A stretch of DNA of 54,609 nucleotides from a virus. Both the position numbers and the translations under genes were made by a program. Shown in pieces: positions 47,759 through 54,609 of the stretch. The notes under the pieces are model-generated. The model was given only the letters and a program-made list of their open reading frames with translations. It was not told where the DNA came from and searched no databases. Positions within the stretch are counted from its first letter, which is position 1. Every line of letters starts with the position of its first letter. The stretch is from positions 1 to 54,609 of the IMG/VR virus record IMGVR_UViG_3300031987_000009; one strand, 5' to 3'.

Positions 47759-49265
47759 TCACCTATTCCATATTCGATATGCTGATTTAAAAAATCAACA
47801 TTGCCCTATACGATTGTATACTATATAAACACATCGATATATAAAAGACTATCGGTAAAAAACGATAGCAGTAACGGTGATTAAAGTTCTTTTAGTTTTA
47901 AATGTTGAAGTTTACTTTTATCCTATTTGAGACAATACGATAGTACAATTAGGATAAAATACGTTAACCTATTGGTGATTATGTGTTAACGATAGGTTAA
48001 AAATCGATAGCAGTAAGCGTAATCCAAATTATCGTGACTATTCTACTTTTAGGTTAATTCAAAATCGATAGCAGTCGACTGTTTTTTGTTGTTACTAATG
48101 TATATAGGAATAATGTAATTGGTTATGTTGTTGTTGGTTTATCTATATTTTATCTTATTGTACAATTATGTAGTCTTCTATTGATATTGGTTTTTATTAC
48201 AGATAGTATAAGAATATAGATGTAGTCTTAATATGTAACTGTTAATGTTATCATGATGTAGGTAGATGTTGGTTTATGTAGTCTTATGTAGGTTTATGTT
48301 ATCTATTCAATGGTACATTTATGCTTATGTCATCTATTCAATGAAATAACATAATTAATGTGGTATATACTATGTTATTTGTTTAATGATACATTATGAC
48401 AATACCATAATAGAATAAAAATGTACATAACATTACATCAATGTACATATGTGTACATTTACCAAATTATTACTGACAGTAATATTACATATAACCATAT
48501 ATTACCACTGGTTATATTTCATTACATGATACATGTACATAGATGTAGACTAATGTACACATGTGTACACTAATGTAGACATATAGTCATTGTTCATTGT
48601 ACATGTATGTACATTAATGTAGGTATATGTAGATATGTAATAGTATGATGTTACATAATGTACATAGGTAGGGAGTGATAGAGTACATAGATCGGGGTGA
48701 GCATGGGGTAGTTTATAAATATGATAGTACTATTTTACAACGACTTAAGAACTCAACATTACACTTGTTGTTAGCGATTGTCTGATTTTGTTACAACGAC
48801 CTAAGTGATGATAAGCGATAGTAAGATACTGTAAAGCGATAATAAGCGATTGTAAGCAAACATAAGTGAACATAAACGTTAGTATATGTACACTAATGTA
48901 GACGTGCTTTGTTATACAAACGTTAACGTAAGAAGTGTACGAACAGTGTAGGAACAGTCTTTGTCCAGACAGTCAGAGAACAACGATTTTACTATCGTAG
49001 TATATAAACATTTATAAATAAAACGTCTATTTCAAAATATACACACCTCAAAAAAGCAACGATGTAAAGACTTAAATTTCATCTAATTTACGTAGTAAAA
49101 TTATATACGTTAAGATAATCACAGTTAAAAAATATTCATGCATGTTAACGGTATTGTACGTTATTACAATTGCTAATATAACGTCTATTGTTATTAAAAT
49201 GATAATAGTTGCAAGCATGTATAAGATTGTTCATGTTAACTCACGACTGTACTTAGGTAGTGTGC

Positions 49266-49318
49266 GACTGTTCACGACTTGAACCGAAACCGAAGGTCGG
49301 TTCAGAGTTGTGTGAGTC
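49266..49318 (+). ncRNA. GC-rich hairpin with G-U wobble, candidate structured RNA or cis element
   Basis: TGAACCGA/TCGGTTCA, CACGACT/AGTTGTG and GACT/AGTC nested stems. Confidence 0.35.
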
Positions 49319-49462
49319 TATGCACGTATGTCTTAGTATGTTTATGTCTATCGTAGATAGTAGTGTGTAGTGCGAAACTTGTCAGTACTACTCTACGACT
49401 TCATACTATAAATAACTTTCGTTAGAAATAGTTAACATTACAATCAAATTTAGATAGTATAA

Positions 49463-49478
49463 CCGAAACATTTAAATA
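49463..49478 (+). promoter_or_regulatory. Archaeal BRE-TATA late promoter (CCGAAACA TTTAAATA)
   Basis: 25 bp upstream of terS; matches 4289-4304. Confidence 0.7.
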
Positions 49479-49503
49479 GTATTAAGAACATAGATAGTAG
49501 CAT

Positions 49504-50301
49504 ATGACGACTAATGGTGAGTCCCAAAAGGGTGCGTTCAATATTCGTATGCGTAGGGCAACTCATCCACTAACAGGTAGGATAGACAAAACCAGAACTA
49601 ACACTAAATGGCGTGAACGTATACAGCAAATGGAGAAGACGTTAGGTTATGTAATATGTGGTGCACTTGACAGAAGTACAGGTCAACCATGTCGTAACCA
49701 ACCTATCGAAGGATACCATCGATGTAAGTTACACCAAGGAAATCCTAAGAAGGTAGAGAAACTTAAGGACAAAGTGAAAAACAATGTTTATCCACCAAAC
49801 GTAGGTTATGGTATGAATCTAAACATGTTCGTAAGATGTAGACGTTGTGAAGATTTTGAATGTAAAAATCGTATCAACGACAGTGAAAATGACGAATGTG
49901 TAATCGAGAAGCAAATCTACGATGACGTTATGGCTTTACGTGAGAAATACAAAATAGACGATGACATACTCCAAGGCGGTATGCTTGAATCTGTCGCTTT
50001 CTTATTCATAAAAAGATATAGGGCAGAGAAAGCAATCGCAGATGAAGGTATGGTACTTGAAGAAATCGTAGGGTTCGATAACAAAGGTGGTTCGTTTAAG
50101 AATAAGAAACCACATCCACTGTTAAAGAATCTTTCAGATATTAACCGTGAACTTAACAACTTTGCTAAGTCACTACAATTCTCACCAGAAGCACAGAATA
50201 AACTAAACGCAGATAAAGAGATGAATGATTCTGCTAACGTTATCGCTGGTATACTTAAAGATGCACATAAGAAAAGATTGGCAGACCAAGAGGAATCTTA
50301 A
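49504..50301 (+). CDS. terS: Terminase small subunit
   Basis: CGA...C...CKLHQG Zn motif, then FKNKKPHPLLKNL...FAKSLQFSPEAQ resembling P27-family TerS. Confidence 0.7.
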   Translation: MTTNGESQKGAFNIRMRRATHPLTGRIDKTRTNTKWRERIQQMEKTLGYVICGALDRSTGQPCRNQPIEGYHRCKLHQGNPKKVEKLKDKVKNNVYPPNVGYGMNLNMFVRCRRCEDFECKNRINDSENDECVIEKQIYDDVMALREKYKIDDDILQGGMLESVAFLFIKRYRAEKAIADEGMVLEEIVGFDNKGGSFKNKKPHPLLKNLSDINRELNNFAKSLQFSPEAQNKLNADKEMNDSANVIAGILKDAHKKRLADQEES

Positions 50302-50340
50302 GTCTTCTTCTTTTTGTCTGGTCAAAGATAGAGGTGGATA

Positions 50341-50568
50341 ATGATAGAAAACATTGATATATTTTTGGTAAGCACTGTAACTCTTTTGTTCTCAACGGCA
50401 TTTACATTAGCAAAATATAATAAGTACAAAGTTTTATTTAGTGAACTCGTTGATGTCATCGTTAGTATACGTGATGCTTACGAAGACGATAATATAAGCG
50501 ATGATGAAGTACAAGAGATAATAATTGAGGCAAACAAGTTTGTAAATAAATTAAAAGGTATGAGGTAA
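50341..50568 (+). CDS. Small membrane-anchored protein (holin-like)
   Basis: N-terminal TM helix, then AYEDDNISDDEVQEII. Confidence 0.5.
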   Translation: MIENIDIFLVSTVTLLFSTAFTLAKYNKYKVLFSELVDVIVSIRDAYEDDNISDDEVQEIIIEANKFVNKLKGMR

Positions 50569-50572
50569 TTAT

Positions 50573-51049
50573 ATGTCATTGGACCCAAGTTTAATAAAAA
50601 TATACCAATCGTCTGTGTTTGGTGTAGAAGATAGTACTGAAGGCGGAGACATAGATACATCATCTGAAATCCAAGATGGTGTAGATCAATCAATATTTGA
50701 TGATGTAACAAATACAGAGAGAGAATCAGGTGATATTGAATATCGTAAAGTATTTATACGAAATGAAAATGTAGATACTGCAAACGGTGTTACTGTTTGG
50801 CTATCCGCATTGACAGATAATGCCAGTACAACTATAAGTTTGGCATCCGCAACTGATTTGGGTACAGTAGGCGACGAGGGCGGCTCTGCAACATATTATG
50901 AACCAACATCAAAGGATGACATAAATGCAATTACATTGGGTGATTTGGCACAAGATGAGTATGCTGGTGTATGGATAAGACGTGATGTTACAGCAGGTGC
51001 ATTAGGTGAAAACCAAGATGGGTTCACGATTGGATACGGTACAACATAA
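50573..51049 (+). CDS. Virion structural protein
   Basis: GGDID...FDDVTNTERESGDIEYRKVFIRN...GVWIRRDV motif seen in phage baseplate/tail-associated proteins. Confidence 0.6.
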   Translation: MSLDPSLIKIYQSSVFGVEDSTEGGDIDTSSEIQDGVDQSIFDDVTNTERESGDIEYRKVFIRNENVDTANGVTVWLSALTDNASTTISLASATDLGTVGDEGGSATYYEPTSKDDINAITLGDLAQDEYAGVWIRRDVTAGALGENQDGFTIGYGTT

Positions 51050-51061
51050 GTGGTGATTTAA

Positions 51062-53569
51062 GTGTTCACTGTTGCTAATAATGTAGAGAGTTTAATTGTT
51101 GATGACCCATTATCGTCGTCTTCAACTACACTTAATGTTGAAACCGGTGATGGGTCACTATTCCCAGACTCATTTCCATTTGTTATAACTGTATGGGATG
51201 AATCAACTTATAGTGACCCAACAGATGATCCCAACATGGAGATAATGTATGTAACGTCCAAATCAAGTGATACACTAACGGTAACACGTGGTCAAGAGTC
51301 TACTTCGGGTGTTGAACATTCGAACGGAAGTAGAGTTGCCATGCTGTTTACAGCAGGTATCATCAATGATTCTTCAGATGGTATAATACAAAAAATAAGC
51401 GATGATATAACAACACATTCGTTAATCTCAGATGCACATCATACAAAAACTACATCTTTGTCTGATATAACAGATAGTGGTTCATTAGCAGAAAAAAATA
51501 CAATAGTTAATACAGATATAGATTCAGAGACATCTACAAATGGTGATGCACTCATTAGCAATGGGGATGGCACGGTAAGTTGGACATCACCTTCATATAG
51601 GACAGATGAAGAAATCGAAGATGTTGTTGGTGCATTCGTAGTAGGCGGAACAAATGTAACCGTTGTGTATGATGATACTGCCAATACACTGACTCTAAGT
51701 TCAAGTGATACACAGAATACCATTGATAACACTGCAACAAGTGGTAATACAGACCATTCAATAAGTAGTGATTGGGCATACATACATGAAAACGATGTAG
51801 ACGCACATCATTCAAGATACACTGGTGCCGAAGCTGTTTCAGCAGTCAATGCGGAAACATCATTGTCCGTAAACATTACTGGTGATGCGGATACTGTAGA
51901 CGGATTCCATGCCTCGGATCTTGGTAGTGATGTGTCGGATGATGGGGTACAGGTGGTTGCAAAGGCTACAGATATTAACTTTGGTAACTTCCTGTCTGTT
52001 GTTGATGATGGCGACGGCACTGTAACTGTGAATGCTGATGGTGGTACTGATGCCGATACTGTTGATGGTGCACACTTATCTGACATACAATCTGAAATAG
52101 ACAGTGATATATCAACACATACAAGTGACTCAGATGCCCATCATGCTAAATATACCGATAGTGAAGCAATCACCGCAATAAATGGAGATACAAATCACGC
52201 TACTAATGCTTCTCATAATTACTTCAGTGGTTCTCATACTGATTTAATTAATGTCGGTGCAACAGATCATCATACCAATGTAAATGATCCTACTCCTGAT
52301 GAAAAAGCAGCATTAAGTGGTGCAAATACTCCATCAAGTACCAATCCCTTTGCTACAATGGATGATGTTGGAACACTCCAGAGTATGATGCCTGTTGTGA
52401 TGCCTGTTGGTATCAAATGGGATACTGCAAGTAGTTCACCTTCACTTACACATATTGATATTAATGGTAATACCATCAATCCAGATACTTCATTTTTTGA
52501 CAATCATGCAATATGGGGCAATATTTGGAGATGTGTGGTTGACCCTGCAACAGGTGAAGTTACTTATGGAAGCAATCCTAGAGGCGATGGACTTGACCTT
52601 ACAGGTGCATCTGGAAACGTTATGGTTTCGATTCCACGTTTTCATGCTAAATTTTATGCAGATGACAGGTATCGAATGTATTGGTTGTCACCAACACAAC
52701 TTGCTGGGTTTGAGGAATTTCCAAGTCATGTCCAGCGTGGTGGAGTTAGTAAGGATAGGATATTTGTCTCTGCATATGAGGCATCAGGAATTCTTGATAC
52801 CACATTCAAACTACAATCGGCAACAGGAAAACAACCTGTCACAGGGGGAGTTGCGTATCCCGATTTGCCAAACTCGGGCAGATTTACGATAGATGATGCT
52901 GAATTGTATGCAAACAATATCGGTAGCGGATACGGGTGTATGAATATCTGGACAATGGCTGCAATCAGACTGCTGTTCTATACAGAAATGGGTAGTTTGG
53001 ACAGTCAAACCGCACTTGGCAGGGGTGTAGTAGATTTAGATGCTGGTACTGGGTTTGCCGGACTCAACACCGGTGCAGATTCGGCAGATACCAACATCGG
53101 CACAAATGGAACTGGAACAGGAACAGGTTCAAACGGATATACTCCGATTGTATACCGCGGAATCGAAAATGTATGGGGCAACGCATGGACATTCTGTATC
53201 GGATATAACGCAGTAGATTCAGAATACCGTATCACTCCACGTGACGGGACAGGAGTACTCGCAGGAGACCTTGCAGCGGGGGAATACGAGGCCAGCACAG
53301 TTGCCCCCATAACCACAGACGGCTACCAATCGGATGTGGAAACAGAGAACCTGCTAAAATATCTGCTAATCGGATCAGAAACAGCAGGCAGCAGCAGTAC
53401 ATATCTATGTGATTATTTCTATGCGCATGATGCAGGAGAACAAAATGTTGTGCTCTCCGGCGGGTTTTGGATTGACGGGTCGTCTGCGGGGGTCGGTTCT
53501 CTGAGTTCGAATAACGGGTCTTCGAATTCGTATCGGTATATCGGCGCTCGCTTCGAGTTCATCCCATGA
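51062..53569 (+). CDS. Tail fibre / receptor-binding protein with C-terminal C-type-lectin (DGR target-like) domain
   Basis: N-terminal EIMYVT...LTVTRGQEST anchor, DAHH repeats, GIENVWGNAW, and C-terminal GGFWIDGSSAGVGSLSSNNGSSNSYRYIGARF. Confidence 0.85.
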   Translation: MFTVANNVESLIVDDPLSSSSTTLNVETGDGSLFPDSFPFVITVWDESTYSDPTDDPNMEIMYVTSKSSDTLTVTRGQESTSGVEHSNGSRVAMLFTAGIINDSSDGIIQKISDDITTHSLISDAHHTKTTSLSDITDSGSLAEKNTIVNTDIDSETSTNGDALISNGDGTVSWTSPSYRTDEEIEDVVGAFVVGGTNVTVVYDDTANTLTLSSSDTQNTIDNTATSGNTDHSISSDWAYIHENDVDAHHSRYTGAEAVSAVNAETSLSVNITGDADTVDGFHASDLGSDVSDDGVQVVAKATDINFGNFLSVVDDGDGTVTVNADGGTDADTVDGAHLSDIQSEIDSDISTHTSDSDAHHAKYTDSEAITAINGDTNHATNASHNYFSGSHTDLINVGATDHHTNVNDPTPDEKAALSGANTPSSTNPFATMDDVGTLQSMMPVVMPVGIKWDTASSSPSLTHIDINGNTINPDTSFFDNHAIWGNIWRCVVDPATGEVTYGSNPRGDGLDLTGASGNVMVSIPRFHAKFYADDRYRMYWLSPTQLAGFEEFPSHVQRGGVSKDRIFVSAYEASGILDTTFKLQSATGKQPVTGGVAYPDLPNSGRFTIDDAELYANNIGSGYGCMNIWTMAAIRLLFYTEMGSLDSQTALGRGVVDLDAGTGFAGLNTGADSADTNIGTNGTGTGTGSNGYTPIVYRGIENVWGNAWTFCIGYNAVDSEYRITPRDGTGVLAGDLAAGEYEASTVAPITTDGYQSDVETENLLKYLLIGSETAGSSSTYLCDYFYAHDAGEQNVVLSGGFWIDGSSAGVGSLSSNNGSSNSYRYIGARFEFIP
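53447..53560 (+). other. DGR-type variable region (no template repeat found)
   Basis: No adenine at third codon positions across about 36 codons; variable-looking positions are AAY or AAY-derived (TTT, ATT, GAC, TCT, AGT, TAT). Confidence 0.7.
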
Positions 53570-53631
53570 TAATTACCACATCGAGGCTGCTATATGAGTG
53601 AAGAAATAAGAAAATTCAGTGAGGTGTTATA

Positions 53632-53946
53632 ATTAAGACAGAATCTACGATTGAACCAAACGAAATCTACATCGATAAGATCAAGAACGGACGGGCTCGA
53701 TTGCTCACCCGTTGGAATATTAACTCTGTCACTCGTATTGATGAAATGTCGGGTGAAGAGCAGACTGTATACCAGTATGATGAGGCAGTGTTGTGGTGGA
53801 TTTTCCCTGACTCATATACAGATAGTTCCGGTGACACTATATACATCGACACAATGTCTGACCTACAGGCATATCTTGAACAGAACAAAACAGAAATATT
53901 ATCTTTTGCCAGGGGGACAAAAATCGATGCTGAAGTCCTTGGGTGA
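53632..53946 (+). CDS. Tail fibre assembly chaperone-like protein
   Basis: Frame is open from 53629; GAGGTG RBS points to an ATT/ATA start (IKTESTIEPNEIY...YQYDEA); ORF track starts at TTG 53701. Confidence 0.6.
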   Translation: MKTESTIEPNEIYIDKIKNGRARLLTRWNINSVTRIDEMSGEEQTVYQYDEAVLWWIFPDSYTDSSGDTIYIDTMSDLQAYLEQNKTEILSFARGTKIDAEVLG

Positions 53947-53995
53947 TGCACATGGCTTGGGATGACAAAGATATACTGAAGAATAATAACTGTAT

Positions 53996-54580
53996 TTGAA
54001 CTTAGGTGTAATAATGTTTAACACAGCAAAGTTTAACACTTCTAAATTTAATAGTGTGAGTATAGTTGAACAACTGATCGATGTGTACCTAAGTTCAACA
54101 TATGATTTACAAATCAATTCAGAAACATCAGATATTTATGATGTACTACTGAATACCGAATTACAGACATTCTATGATATATTCACATCTCTTATAATTA
54201 GGTTGTCTACCAAATACGATATACTATTAGATGAATCAAATGAAGCAACTTATGATATATTATTTAATAGTGAATCAGATACACGCTACGATATACTATT
54301 AGATAAAATATACTTAACGTATTTTGATTTATATATCGACAAAGAAACATCAACGCTTTATGATATTTATATAAATAATGATTTATCTACATTCTATGAC
54401 ATGTTGATTAAAGATGATAAATCAACGCTTTATGATATACTAATCGATGATGAACTTACAACTTATTATGGTTTTATAACTTTAACACTTGTTTATACTG
54501 ATATAATGTTGAAGACACGCAAATTAATGGAGTTTAAACTAAAGACACGTAAACTAATGGAGTTTAAACTGAAGGTGTAA
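53996..54580 (+). CDS. Repeat-rich virion protein (11-residue T/SxYDI repeats)
   Basis: MFNTAKFNTSKFN start (probable ATG ~54014), about ten YD(I/L/V/M) repeats, C-terminal KTRKLMEFKL duplicated. Confidence 0.65.
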   Translation: MNLGVIMFNTAKFNTSKFNSVSIVEQLIDVYLSSTYDLQINSETSDIYDVLLNTELQTFYDIFTSLIIRLSTKYDILLDESNEATYDILFNSESDTRYDILLDKIYLTYFDLYIDKETSTLYDIYINNDLSTFYDMLIKDDKSTLYDILIDDELTTYYGFITLTLVYTDIMLKTRKLMEFKLKTRKLMEFKLKV

Positions 54581-54609
54581 ATATGTATGACAATAATATT
54601 TTTTATATT
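54555..54609. repeat. 55-bp direct terminal repeat, copy 2
   Basis: Identical to 1-55. Confidence 0.95.

Larger units (their letters stand above)
47760..49500. other. Large non-coding divergence region, candidate replication origin / packaging region
   Basis: About 1.7 kb without ORFs where gene orientation flips; CGATAGCAGT x3, TGTACA-N4-TGTACA x3, AAGCGAT repeats, T/G-rich versus A/C-rich segments. Confidence 0.55.

Noticed and set aside
48420-48900. CRISPR or mini-CRISPR array
   Set aside because: Repeats are short (6-16 bp), irregularly spaced and lack constant-length spacers.
236-54117. Many opposite-strand or alternate-frame ORFs in the track (for example 6401..7039, 23336..23740, 35264..35773, 52407..52892)
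   Set aside because: They overlap well-supported genes, lack RBS and motifs, and have shadow-ORF composition.
1-54609. DGR template repeat, Avd or reverse transcriptase
   Set aside because: No second copy of the GC-rich VR and no ORF with an RT (Y/F)xDD-type motif set was seen.
1-54609. Amber suppressor tRNA or tRNA-Pyl
   Set aside because: The only cloverleaf found has a UAA anticodon; CTCTAAATC-like matches (for example ~17914-17922) lie in coding sequence without tRNA arms.
1-54609. Integrase or attachment site (including at the tRNA)
   Set aside because: No tyrosine or serine recombinase motif recognised and no duplicated tRNA 3' end.

Overview
The window looks like a complete, circularly assembled 54,554-bp genome of an AT-rich head-tailed (HK97-type, siphovirus-like) archaeal virus; bases 1-55 are repeated at 54555-54609. 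GGTGA/GGAG ribosome-binding sites, BRE-TATA promoters, an archaeal-type thymidylate synthase family gene and apparent UAG readthrough suggest a methanogenic host, probably Methanosarcinales (inference). Plus strand 49504 through the junction to 18431: terS, a receptor-binding module, terL, portal, protease/scaffold, capsid and tail genes. Minus strand 47758 to 18993: early, replication and nucleotide-metabolism genes and one tRNA-Leu(UAA). No integrase, DNA polymerase, CRISPR array or reverse transcriptase was recognised. Three main results: (1) a compact virus-encoded ubiquitin-like conjugation cassette (Ubl with C-terminal extension, E2 with HPNxxxxGxIC, JAB protease, two unknown genes, E1/ThiF) at 39204-42786; (2) TAG behaves as a rare sense codon: eight in-frame TAGs in seven genes, including the primase between its catalytic and Fe-S domains, and no accepted gene truly ends at TAG, consistent with a pyrrolysine code; (3) a tail fibre ending in a DGR-type variable region although no template repeat or reverse transcriptase is present. 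Also noted: a ThyA-family enzyme with the dCMP-type Asp, several dispersed palindromic elements, candidate ncRNAs and GATC avoidance. Product calls come from motif recognition by eye, not database searches.
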